From assembly GCA_963921275.4 (NCBI GenBank), contig OZ001293.3, forward strand, positions 1,632,001-1,696,000: DNA of 64,000 nt. Reading direction: 5' to 3'. Both the position numbers and the translations under genes were made by a program. The DNA is from an uncultured Hormoscilla sp. Lineage in GTDB: Bacteria; Cyanobacteriota; Cyanobacteriia; Cyanobacteriales; Desertifilaceae. Under the pieces are notes generated by a model. That model was not told the origin of the DNA and did no database searches. It saw nothing but the letters and a program-made list of their open reading frames with translations. Each line of letters opens with the position of its first letter. Position 1 is the first letter of the stretch. Shown here piece after piece: positions 44,543 through 55,066 of this stretch.

Positions 44543-44646
44543 CCGATACAACCCCGGGATCAAGACTCAAGTCCTGACAGAAAAAGTTTTTAGACCAATA
44601 CAACCCCGGGCTTAAGACTCAAGTCCTGACAGAAAAAGTTTTTAGT
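44543..44646. repeat. ~52-bp direct repeat, two copies
   Basis: ATACAACCCCGGG...AAGACTCAAGTCCTGACAGAAAAAGTTTTTAG occurs twice. Confidence 0.8.
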
Positions 44647-44852
44647 CGGTATAAGACCGACTTTAGTTATTAGCCGGGGGTTTGAACCCTCCGTGTATCG
44701 TGGGTAGTGCGAATAGCGCTCCCACGATACACGGAAGGCGGGCCTCCTGCGAAGATGCTATAATAATTCTCAATGAACAATTCTCAATGAACGATTCTCA
44801 CGCGATCGAAATCATGTAGGATAGAAAAAAGTAGGCTAGCTCACAGCAGAGA

Positions 44853-45914
44853 ATGAACAGAACCTTAATCCCCGTTATCCTCGCCGGTGGCAAAGGAGAA
44901 CGATTTTGGCCTCTCAGCCGCAAAGATCGACCCAAACAGTTTCTCAGTCTGGATGGCAGCGGAAAGAGTCTGCTGCAAGAGACCGCAGACCGACTATTAA
45001 ACATCGCCGGGGGCTGGGAAGGCTTGTGGGTATGTACTTCCAGGCAACTAGCAGACGGGGTACTCCAACAACTACCTCAATTACCCCAGAGTAACTTGCT
45101 AGCGGAACCGGAAGAACGGGATACGGCACTAGCAGTGGCTTGGACGACTTTGAAGATCGCCCAGCGTGAAGGCCAAGAACAGGCGATCGGGTTTTTCCCG
45201 GCGGACCACTGGATCGCAGACCGAGAAGCTTTTGTGCAAACCATCAATGCCGCAACTCAGCTTGCATCGGACCAAGCAGCCATTGTCACCCTGGGAGTAA
45301 AGCCAGCATATCCGGCCACGGGCTACGGGTATATCGAACAAGGTCAACAGACAGGCACTTTTGCCGGGTTGCCTGTATATAAGGTAAAGCAGTTTACCGA
45401 AAAGCCAGATGAAAAGACAGCCGCCGAGTTTATTGCCACAGGTCGTTTTAGCTGGAATAGTGGTATGTTTATCTTCCGGGCTGGGGTGCTGCTAGAGGAG
45501 ATGAGCAAACATGCTCCTGCGATCGTCACCTTGCTGCGATCGCGTGGGGAAGCCGCTTACAGTCAGCTACCCAAAATTTCCATCGACTATGCTTTAATGG
45601 AGAAGACCGATCTAGCTTACGTGCTGCCAGCAGATTTTGGCTGGGATGACTTAGGAGACTGGAATGCCCTATCACGCTTGCTGCAAAGGGACAAGCCCAA
45701 CTTGGAGTTAACCGAGCATGTGGGCATGGATACCAAGGGAGCAATTCTCTACGACACCGATGCCGAGGGAGTTATTGTCACCATTGGCATGTCCGATGTA
45801 GTAGTAGTGCGGGATGGTAAGGTCACCCTGCTAGTGAAAAAAGACCGCACCCAGGAGATCAAAAAGGTACTGGCAATGCTGAAAAATGACCCGAAATTTG
45901 AGCATCTGCTGTAA
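44853..45914 (+). CDS. manC: Mannose-1-phosphate guanylyltransferase
   Basis: Motifs LAGGKGERFWPLSR, PKQFL, PADH, WNSGMF and WDDLGDW. Confidence 0.93.
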   Translation: MNRTLIPVILAGGKGERFWPLSRKDRPKQFLSLDGSGKSLLQETADRLLNIAGGWEGLWVCTSRQLADGVLQQLPQLPQSNLLAEPEERDTALAVAWTTLKIAQREGQEQAIGFFPADHWIADREAFVQTINAATQLASDQAAIVTLGVKPAYPATGYGYIEQGQQTGTFAGLPVYKVKQFTEKPDEKTAAEFIATGRFSWNSGMFIFRAGVLLEEMSKHAPAIVTLLRSRGEAAYSQLPKISIDYALMEKTDLAYVLPADFGWDDLGDWNALSRLLQRDKPNLELTEHVGMDTKGAILYDTDAEGVIVTIGMSDVVVVRDGKVTLLVKKDRTQEIKKVLAMLKNDPKFEHLL

Positions 45915-45951
45915 TGACTAATGACAACGAACAATTAGCAACGAACAAAAG

Positions 45952-47073
45952 ATGCTTTCATTAACAAAGACAAGTTCGCGACAGCGAGAAATACTAGAGG
46001 TACTGTTCCGGAATGGCTGGGACTACATCGAAGGACTGATGAAAGGTAGTAAAGGTGGCGAACCCAGACTGCCAACACCTGCCGTCCTACGAAATATTCT
46101 GGTAGAATTGGGTCCAGTATATGTCAAGCTGGGGCAACTGCTGAGTACCCTGAGGTATCTCCCGGGAGCGCTAAAAGCACTACCCGGGAGATACCTCCCT
46201 GACATTCTGCCCTCAGCCTACATAGAAGCATTATCCTCGCTACAAGCGAAAGTGCCGCCAGTAGCATGGTCCCAGATAGAAGTAATGTTGCGGCAAGAGT
46301 TACCCGGACCCCTGCACGAGACATTTTCTGCCATTAATAATCAACCAGTTGCCGTAGGTTCGATCGGTCAAGTGCATCGGGCAACATTAGCAGATGGTCG
46401 GGAAGTGGCCCTGAAAATTCAGCTTCAATGTCTCCTGTCGGAGTCCGGTCAGTCAGTAAATTTGGATCCCTTGGAAAACGACTACGATCGGATGCTGCGC
46501 AAGTATTATAATCTCAGCCTGTCGGAGATATATTTCAGTGAAGTATTCTACGAGTTCTTGGAAATTTCGCGCAAGAATAAAATTAAATTGCCAGGGAATA
46601 TGGGTTTGTACGCTAAAGCCCTAGCCAATTTAGAAGGAGTAGCCCGTAGTTTCAATTCGGAGGTAAATTTACTGGATGAAATAAAGCCATTGATGACAGA
46701 TTTATTTCGGCGTCAGCTGCTGGGAGATAAGCCGATCGAAACCCTACCCTATTGCAAACGGCGTTGGACCTGAAGAGTTTATCCTTGCAATCTCCGCGCA
46801 TGGTAGAGTTACTCCTAGACCGAATAACTTCGGAAACCCTGAAGTGGAATTTAACCATCAAAGATCTAGATCCGTTACGTCGGAGTATAGATGATTCGGC
46901 AAACAGGCTCTCCTTTAGTATTGTAGTAGGTTCCTTGAGGGGCAGCAATTATTTCTAGTAATGCCCAGACGCCGCAAATGTCGGTGGTGAGTGACGTGTT
47001 GTTTGCAGCGGCTAGTATTTTGGGGTTGTGGTTGGCAATCAGTATTCTGCGATCGGGGAGATTACGGTCTTAA
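45952..47073 (+). pseudogene. AarF/ABC1/UbiB kinase with a core deletion, a hairpin insertion and frameshifts
   Basis: Motifs ELGPVYVKLGQLLST and GSIGQVHRA...VALKIQ, followed by a jump to the C-terminal region. Frameshifts near 46745 and 46935. Confidence 0.85.
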
Positions 47074-47151
47074 AAATGTCAGTCAGGGAAATATAGTATA
47101 AACTAAGTAAGTGAAAAGTTAGTAGAGAACAGGGAGGTTAACGAAGAAAAA

Positions 47152-48675
47152 ATGACTAGCAACAAGTCAAAATTATCGGTCAGAGTTCAAGGGGATATAC
47201 GCGAACGGTTAAGAACATTCCAAGCAGAGCATCAGCTCAAGTCCTTGTCCGGTGCGATCGGAGTAATTCTGGAAAATTACTTTGAAACGATCTCATCGGT
47301 CCCATCCGAAGTAGAACAGGCAGATGTTCTGCCAGCCAGCGACAGCATGACCAATATTCTACTGAAGCGGATAGAAAAGCTGGAAACAAGATTAGTCGAA
47401 ACAGAAAAACACAGCAACGAGCTGGAAGTAAGATTAGTCGAAACAGAAAAACACAGCAACGAGCTGGAAGTAAGATTAGCAGTGGCGGAAGCAGAACTGG
47501 GAAACTATCGTCGGACTGCCAGCACACAAGGACTTAAGTCTCTGAAACCGATACAAGCATCAACAAAACCACACAACTCTATATATGGGCGAGGCGAAGC
47601 TGCCTCTATATATCCAGGATGGGAACTTTCTGCCAATGTCTCCTACGTATTCAGTAGAATTCAGACGCTGAACACGGATGAAGCCAGGGCGGCCTTTGCG
47701 GATAAGTGGATAGGTTTGTGCGCCCAAAGCATTGATACAGCTTGGGTTGTATGTTACCAACTCCTGAGCATCATCAAGGAAAAACAGATGTATAAAATTC
47801 CGCAATGGATGGAAGGGAACAAGACCTACGATTCATTCAGCGACTACTTCGAACAGCGATTCAAGCAGCCCTTCGAGAAGTGGTTGCAACTGGAGCGTAC
47901 TTACAAGTTTGTGGTCGAAACTTGTCCGGAACTGCTAGAGGGACTATTACATCTAGAGTCCAGCCCTGATTTTTCCAGAACGGTGGAAGCTCAAAACGAC
48001 AGTGGTAATGGGGTGATTCCCAGTAAGACAAAGCGCAAGACTCGAAGCCCGCGCAGCCAGAAGCTTCCACAGCCAGAGGCACAGCCAGAAGCACAGCCAG
48101 AACAGCCCCTTGATAGCGTAGAAACCGCTTCAATGTCTCCTGGGAGCGCTAAAAGCACTACCCAGGAGACATTGCCGACACCTGAAGCCGCAAATCAGGT
48201 TGAGAACGACAGTGGTCATGGGGTGATTCCCAGTAAGACAAAGCGCAAGACTCGAAGCCGGCCCAGCCAGAAGCTTCCACAGCCAGAGGCACAGCCAGAA
48301 GCACAGCCAGAACAGCCCCTTGATAGCGTAGAAACCGCTTCAATGTCTCCTGGGAGCGCTAAAAGCACTACCCAGGAGACATTGCCGACACCTGAAGCCG
48401 CAAATCAGGTTGAGAAAGACTCTGATGTACAAGTCACGCCCGATTTTTCCGGAACGGTAGCCCAGAAGCTAGAAACTCAAGAGTCTAGCACTTCCGATCC
48501 CCTATCTGAAATAATGACGACCAGAGAAATATCGGAATTACTAAACTGGCACCGTGATAAATTAGAAGGCCGCAAAAAACGTGGGAATTTGCCGATACAA
48601 GAGGGTGGTTACGTCATCGACTGCATTGGCAAGGAAGGGCGGAAGCTGATTTGGACTGTTAAGCGCCTGAAATAA
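47152..48675 (+). CDS. Hypothetical DNA-binding protein (RHH-like N-terminus, coiled coil, C-terminal HTH-like) with 42-bp and 210-bp internal duplications
   Basis: 507-aa ORF with a GGAGG RBS. Repeats at about 47388-47480 and 47995-48415. Confidence 0.75.
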   Translation: MTSNKSKLSVRVQGDIRERLRTFQAEHQLKSLSGAIGVILENYFETISSVPSEVEQADVLPASDSMTNILLKRIEKLETRLVETEKHSNELEVRLVETEKHSNELEVRLAVAEAELGNYRRTASTQGLKSLKPIQASTKPHNSIYGRGEAASIYPGWELSANVSYVFSRIQTLNTDEARAAFADKWIGLCAQSIDTAWVVCYQLLSIIKEKQMYKIPQWMEGNKTYDSFSDYFEQRFKQPFEKWLQLERTYKFVVETCPELLEGLLHLESSPDFSRTVEAQNDSGNGVIPSKTKRKTRSPRSQKLPQPEAQPEAQPEQPLDSVETASMSPGSAKSTTQETLPTPEAANQVENDSGHGVIPSKTKRKTRSRPSQKLPQPEAQPEAQPEQPLDSVETASMSPGSAKSTTQETLPTPEAANQVEKDSDVQVTPDFSGTVAQKLETQESSTSDPLSEIMTTREISELLNWHRDKLEGRKKRGNLPIQEGGYVIDCIGKEGRKLIWTVKRLK

Positions 48676-48802
48676 TGGTTACAAGAGTTCGCATACTTCT
48701 GGGGGCTTTGGGAACCAGGAGTACTACCAATGATCGCCAAGCTCCCATCACCCTTTTGGGTAGAGTTCCGTGCAAATAGGCGAGAGTCAATGTAGCATCC
48801 AG

Positions 48803-51527
48803 ATGTCACTAGCTCGCACCAAGCTGAAGCTCAGGCAAATACGCAGCGAGCTAATCGAGAAAACCTTGAGGAAATTACCAGGAGTTGTACCAGTGAAAAA
48901 CTTAGGAAAGGAAAAAGTGGGAGTGTCCAAGCCAACCTGGATGTCACAACAACAGTGGCGAGATTTACTGGCATCGTATGACGATCAGCCGCAATGCCAG
49001 TACACAGACAAAACTGCCTCTGAAGCCAAGCTGGTTGTTGACCATATCGTGCCTCGATCGCAAGGAGGCAAGAACGAAGTCAGAAACTACCAGTTCCTGT
49101 GCGAAGATCAAAATCTTCAGAAAGGGGTAAAGCCGGACAGGTATTGGTCGCAGGAGTTATACTACGACAAAGATCACGATCCAAACAACTTCCGCTATGC
49201 TCAGTATTTCCTGGCTTATCTGAAAATTTTGACTCAGGCAGAACACTTCCAACGTCCCTGGTCGCAAATCAACCGAGTAGTCTATCTGCTGGCGTGGATC
49301 ACTGGAGCAGGTAAGACAATGGCTATTCATGCAATTTGCTTTGCGCTCAACCAAATTTTGAAAAGGGATAAAGGAGTTGCTTACCCCAGAGTCGATCGGA
49401 TTTTAGTCTTGGTGAAAGAGCAAGCTCTACGGGACCAACTAGCGAATGAACTGGAAAAGGATGTAGTTGACTATGGAATCTGCAAGATTCCCCCAAAGGT
49501 GGGAGTAGTAGAAAGCAGTGATAAGTTGGAAAATGATTGGTGGCTTGAACAATATGATATAGTTGTTGCCTGTTTACAACAGGATGGGAACGTAAGAATG
49601 GTATTCCTCGCGATAATATTGAGCATATTTTAGGCAAGTTTGCCGTTGTCTTCTTCGATGAACCCCATTACGCTGTAGAGCAGGTGGCTCAGTTAGCAGA
49701 GCAAGGGACCAGAAGCCTTTGTTTTGGGCTGACCAGCACGCCAATCAATGCCAAAGGTGAGGTTTTAGCGTCTTATGTACTGTTTTCGCTCTGTGGTTTG
49801 CAGGAAGCTTATGAGTACCAGCAAAACCTTAAATACCTGTCTTCATCGGAAGCATCAATTATCGAATCAAAGATGGTTGACTATGTGGATGAGGTTGATG
49901 CACGAGAGCATTTTTGTGGCCAGCGTATTGAAATAGAGGGAAGTCCGGACACACCTGACTATAACACGCAGCTCGAACCAGCAAAAACTGTAGCTGAGAA
50001 AATTGTGTCTTATGTGGTTGAAGCTGACCGCTTGTGTAAAAAGGTGTTTTCTGGAGAAATCACTCCTAAACCTGCATCGCACAGAAATGCCAGTGAAGTT
50101 ATACCTGATTTAATTTACCCCATGCACGCCATGATTGCTGTGAGGAGCAAGCATGACGCGGAGGTCTTAGCAAAGCATCTAAATGATAATGTTTTTGAAA
50201 GCAACCCTATGAATATCCACCAGAACAAGGCTTTAGAGTCAAGGTTGTTTTCAGTGCTGGAGTGGATGAGGACGGCAAACCAGTCCCAGGGTACAAACTG
50301 GATACAGAGCATCCCTGGCTAAAGTGCTGGAAAACCAAGAACTTCAAAATGACTGGGCAGGGTTGGGAGCTTCCGAAAGACTGCGCTCGCTTTCTCATTG
50401 TTGTTGGCATGGCCCGCGAGGGAATCAATAACCCGTTCTGTGGAGTAATCGGATTAGGCAATAGAACCGAATCAATCATTGAGGTAATTCAGCGGTTGAT
50501 TGGTCGGCAAATCCGGTCATACCAAGAAACACTCAGAGTTCCTCCAGCACAACTGGACAGTATCAAGATCTGGATGCACAGAGCTTGGGATTATCCCAAG
50601 GCTGGAGATGCACCGGACTATGCTACTACTAAATGTATAAAGGATAGTCTCCACTTCTACGAACACATGGATGAGTGGTTGACTGGTATAACTACATTGG
50701 AAGACTTAATAGAAAAAGGTAAGGAACTAGATCCGGAAACTGAAGTAACAGATCGAGGAACCTTAACAATCGAGGATAAGTTAGACATAGCATATCATGT
50801 AGGCGAGCATCAACTCAAGGATGAAGAAGTTCCTGAAGATGACATTATTGATAATTTGTGCGGTCGCAATAATAAGAAAAGAGAACTTGGCAAGCAGTGG
50901 ATTAACCTGGTTCAGAACGATCCGGATCTGGCTAAGTCTGAACTTAACCAAAAGGTAGTGCTTCGCAAGCTGCATGTGATTGAGTACGAAAGACCGAAAA
51001 TAAATCCTAGTATAACGGATTTGCGTTGGTTCTATGAAGTGCATAATCCTGGCAGTCTTCCACTGCTTGAGACTCTGGAAAACTCGGCAACCGATAGCAC
51101 AACAAAGGAAGCACTGCGTTCTAATATGAATTTTACCTACGAGCAATACATGGCGAAGTTCCATTCATTTGCTGATTTGCCAAAAGTTACGGACTTTGAT
51201 AAGATTCGCACAAAGTTAGTGAGTCAACTGTACAGTCAGCTACGTTTCAACAGTCCTGGTAGTTTCATTGAGGGAGAAGTTAAGGAGATAAAAACTGAGG
51301 CTTGGAAGCAGATTGGATATGCTGTAAAAACTGTACTGGGGTTAAAGAAAGCAGAAAAAGGTAGCGAACACGATACGCCACAATACCACGCTGTCCTGTC
51401 AGATCCCGGTATTGTCAGAAATATTCTAGGGTATGCACGTCAGAAACTATTGGAACAGTTTGCTCGACCTCCTATAGCTAGAAGCTTGCAAATCTCTGAT
51501 GCTGCTCCAGATCCGGAAGTTGATTAA
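48803..51527 (+). pseudogene. HNH endonuclease-SF2 (ResIII-like) helicase fusion split by two frameshifts
   Basis: HNH: CQY..DHIVPRSQGG..NYQFLC...N. Helicase motifs: TGAGKT, DEPH, TSTP, MAREGIN and QRLIGRQIR. Frame changes near 49583 and 50208. Confidence 0.8.
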
Positions 51528-51723
51528 AGAAGAATAAATACCCTGAGTCCTACCACGGGGGTTAGGGTTTGGTATCCCGTTTGCTCGCGATCGCCTGATC
51601 GGATGGTGTTTCCCTTCCGCTACCACGGGGAGTGGTAGCATAGTGTAAGGGGCGATCGCCACCCCGCCCGAACCCGTGCATGATCCGGCTACTCCGCAAC
51701 ATTGCCTGCCCTATAACTGCTCT

Positions 51724-51755
51724 AACTCCGAACTCCGAACTCCGAACTCCGAACT
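51724..51755. repeat. Heptamer tandem repeat (AACTCCG)n
   Basis: About 4.5 copies; STRR-like. Confidence 0.8.
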
Positions 51756-51896
51756 TCATTGGGTGTGGTCTTGCGCCCGTTGGCAACCGTTCACCGTTTT
51801 CTGTGAAGCGCATCCCGAAGCACGAGCGCCTAAGCAGCGCATTCCGAAGCACGAGCGCTCTTTGCGAGTGCGGAGAGGAGAGCATGCGGAGAGGAG

Positions 51897-51968
51897 CAAG
51901 TGATGTACTTCTGGCCATAATTGAGGATGCTCTAAATATGGGTCCATACCCGGAAATGGAGATAGCAT
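51897..51968 (-). pseudogene. DUF4058 5' fragment
   Basis: MLSPFPGMDPYLEHPQLWPEVHHLL is nearly identical to the start of 55067-55867, then truncated by repetitive DNA. Confidence 0.75.
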
Positions 51969-52139
51969 TGTTATAACTCCAGATGAATTCTGTTTCTTCT
52001 TTCATCATACTTCTATAAATCTCACGCGCAAGGTGGAAAGGTACCCTCGCGCTTGGTTGGTGGGCACCGCCCACCCTACGAGTATTATTAGTCCCGGAGG
52101 CCCCTACACAATTTTACTTGCGATCGACCGGATGTATTA

Positions 52140-52589
52140 TTATGTTTCCGAGACCACTTCAGATGTTTTGGTAGATAAAAGTTGCCTGACTCCAACTGTG
52201 ATAAAATGAGACAGCAAACCCAGGGGGCCGACAAATAAACACAACACCAAAGAGTGCGCAGTCCATACTCCGGTTCCCTGTCCTTCTAAATAGATCCAGC
52301 GTCCTACAAATAGATCCATGACGAGGAAATGAACCCATCCTGCTGCTGTGACTTGCAGGTTGCCAAAGGCGCTAGCAAGATCGGCTAATTTGGGGTTGGA
52401 CAGGGCTTTAGCGGTTTCTGGATCTATAGCACCTGAAAGCAAGTAAAGATACAGTGCCGCCAGTAACATAAAAGGAATAGGGGAACCGATAATCCGCCGA
52501 GTCACGTTCCAGTTGGGAAGGAGGATAATTAAAGCCCAAAAGGGTAAAACGAACAGGTTAGCACTGGTAAATAACAGATCGAGATTCAT
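52140..52589 (-). CDS. ABA4-like (DUF4281) membrane protein
   Basis: Motifs VLPFWALIILLPNW, WVHFLVMDLFVGRW and GPLGLLSH. Confidence 0.88.
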   Translation of the reverse strand: MNLDLLFTSANLFVLPFWALIILLPNWNVTRRIIGSPIPFMLLAALYLYLLSGAIDPETAKALSNPKLADLASAFGNLQVTAAGWVHFLVMDLFVGRWIYLEGQGTGVWTAHSLVLCLFVGPLGLLSHFITVGVRQLLSTKTSEVVSET

Positions 52590-52830
52590 TATCTTTTTTG
52601 TAACCGCAGATCGCGCCGTTGTTTTCAAGTATGATATCACATATAGAAAAAAATGCTACGCTGTCCAGCATCTTTCATTGCATAAAATTCGCTCAAACCT
52701 TCCGTTAAGCCACCGTGGAGCCCTTAAAACTCACATCTTGCACTTTGACCGATCGCCATTAAGTTGAAATCTAGGCATTTGGACTTTTCCCACGAGCGAT
52801 CGGGTAGCACCATCCCTTTCCTCGGGAAAT

Positions 52831-53478
52831 TCACTTAGACCACCCCAAATTTTCGATCGCCTGTTCAATGTCAACTTCTAAGGCCCTAAAAGCAGACAAA
52901 GCCCGCAGGCGTGTAAAATCATTAATCAGTTGAGCTACTCGATGAACTTTTTCGTTGACATTGAATTTCTTCAGCCGTTTGGGTCCCAGTTCGCTGGCTT
53001 GGCGCAAAACTGTGTATAGAATGTTTTTGGGATCGGATAGTTCTTCAACTTTAGCGAGGTCTGGCAATTTTAATGCCTGTCGTCCGCCCGGATTACCAGA
53101 TGCTCTTCGGATTGCTTTTTCGTCAAATAATAACCAAGCTTCTTGCATCCGTACCGGAATAACACAAACTGCGGGGACGGACAGTGATTTTTCATCTGAC
53201 TCTATCGCTTTTCTAATTTCATCCACACGCTTTTGTCGCGGTTCTTTTTCGGCATCTCTATGCACGAATAATAGATCGCAAGGGTAAAGTTCAAGGCTCT
53301 TTTTGATGCGATCGGGCAACTTTTTGGGCGGTTTAGATAACCTTCCTAAATATGCCCATTCAGACTGGATAGCACAGTTAACAACAATATGTTCTCGCAA
53401 TAACCATGTCAGAACATATTGTAACGCTTTGTCTGAACTACCATCAGACAGTAAAGTGTAGCGAAGTTCTTCTTTCAT
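52831..53478 (-). CDS. DUF4276-like / TOPRIM-like protein
   Basis: Motifs LLSDGSSD, FVHRDAE, PVRMQEAWLL and DPK. Confidence 0.7.
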   Translation of the reverse strand: MKEELRYTLLSDGSSDKALQYVLTWLLREHIVVNCAIQSEWAYLGRLSKPPKKLPDRIKKSLELYPCDLLFVHRDAEKEPRQKRVDEIRKAIESDEKSLSVPAVCVIPVRMQEAWLLFDEKAIRRASGNPGGRQALKLPDLAKVEELSDPKNILYTVLRQASELGPKRLKKFNVNEKVHRVAQLINDFTRLRALSAFRALEVDIEQAIENLGWSK

Positions 53479-53487
53479 AGCAAGTCA

Positions 53488-55023
53488 CTAGGAAAACCGG
53501 GAATCAACGGTTGCAGGTCTTTTCTGTCCCGCAACTCGGCGTTTCTTGGACGATGTATCCGGCGATCGCTGGTAGCTTGCTGCCTCTCCATTTTCATCAG
53601 ATTCTGATTCTTGCGGCATAACTGGATTCAGATAAGCAAGTAGTTTACCTTTAGAAACAACACTAACTCTTTCAGGGGCTTTAACTCGCCAAGTATCAGG
53701 CAAACAGCTAAAACACACCCGCTTAAACCGCTGGTTTGAACTAACCGTTTCCTTCAACTCAGCCACCAAAAGGCTATCATCCCTAACCTGACTGACAACT
53801 CCTGGAGAGTGAGTGTTGACGATTACTTGACGAAGGGGATTGTCAAAACCAATCTCTTCTTCCACATCAGTTGCAATGTCTTGAAGTAGTTCGATCATCT
53901 TCGGGATGCGTTCGGGATGAATGCCGTTTTCCGGTTCTTCTAAGCACAAAACACCCTGTGCTTCTGAATCGAGTTCCAGCACTGCTAATGCCAGAAATCG
54001 CATGGTGCCATCCGATAATGCCCGCGCCGGATGGGATGTCCCGTCTCGATCGGTGACCATTAAGGTGAGGAGTTCGCGGCGATCGTCGCGGTCAATCCAT
54101 ACTTCATCTACATCCTCAATCAATTCTGCCAGACGATTAGCAACTTGAGCATAAACTCGTGCTTCTGCTGCCTCTACATTCTCTGATTGCCCATTAATTT
54201 GGTGATTTTTCGTATGACGTGCTAAATGATAGAGTGTTGAAGCTAGATGAGATCCGTCTGTCCCTAATTTTGTAGGAGCAATAAATTCGCTACTGTGACG
54301 CAAAGATGAAGGTTCGAGCTGAAGTAGGCGCCAGGATTGCATTTCCCGCCGCGCTAACAGCGCCGTAGGACTTTCGGCAGCATTCGTTACAGAAAGTACA
54401 GTCCGGGGCAGATTGACTGCTGACCTAGATAGAGCTCTGCCACTGCTACCACCGTCTTGATGGAGCTTAATGACTCTCTCTGTCCCCTCACCTCCAGTGG
54501 AAATAAAAGGGGCTCCTCTCCGTTCACCGTTTACTACGGACTTACGCCATGTTTTAGCTTTGTGAGGAAACAGTAAGTGCTTGGCAGCTTCACCGATGTT
54601 GATGTGAACTAATTCTTCTTTCAAGAGTTCCAGCGTTCCTAGGGACCGGAGACTATCATCTGCTTTGTAGGCTAGGATAACAGAGTATCTGAGAAAGGTA
54701 ATAGTAGCTTTTGCCTTTTGTCCGAGATCGTCTACTCCCTCATAAGGCACGATCATTTCTGCTTCAAAGGACATTTGCTCAGCATATCGATCGCCGACGC
54801 GGAGGAACAAGCTTCGGACATCACCGGTTTTACCGCTTTCATCCCGCACGGATAAAGCAGCTTCGATGAGAGACCGATCGGCCAAGGCACTCAAAAACCT
54901 AATAGCATCAAACAGATTAGATTTTCCCACCCCATTTGCCCCCGCTACACAGGTGAATGGTCCAAAGCGGACATCAACATCGACGAGGTTCTTAAAACCT
55001 GAAACTTTTAACCTGGTTAGCAT
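53488..55023 (-). CDS. AAA_21 / ABC-type ATPase
   Basis: Walker A GANGVGKS, signature LSDGT, Walker B LEEPENGIHP and H-loop NTHSP. Confidence 0.9.
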   Translation of the reverse strand: MLTRLKVSGFKNLVDVDVRFGPFTCVAGANGVGKSNLFDAIRFLSALADRSLIEAALSVRDESGKTGDVRSLFLRVGDRYAEQMSFEAEMIVPYEGVDDLGQKAKATITFLRYSVILAYKADDSLRSLGTLELLKEELVHINIGEAAKHLLFPHKAKTWRKSVVNGERRGAPFISTGGEGTERVIKLHQDGGSSGRALSRSAVNLPRTVLSVTNAAESPTALLARREMQSWRLLQLEPSSLRHSSEFIAPTKLGTDGSHLASTLYHLARHTKNHQINGQSENVEAAEARVYAQVANRLAELIEDVDEVWIDRDDRRELLTLMVTDRDGTSHPARALSDGTMRFLALAVLELDSEAQGVLCLEEPENGIHPERIPKMIELLQDIATDVEEEIGFDNPLRQVIVNTHSPGVVSQVRDDSLLVAELKETVSSNQRFKRVCFSCLPDTWRVKAPERVSVVSKGKLLAYLNPVMPQESESDENGEAASYQRSPDTSSKKRRVAGQKRPATVDSRFS

Positions 55024-55066
55024 AATCTTACTCTTGCGATTACATTTTTTCGCCATTCCCCATTAA

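Noticed and set aside
49570..50220. Programmed ribosomal frameshifting in the helicase
   Set aside because: No slippery heptamer is evident at either site, and similar lesions are common across the window.
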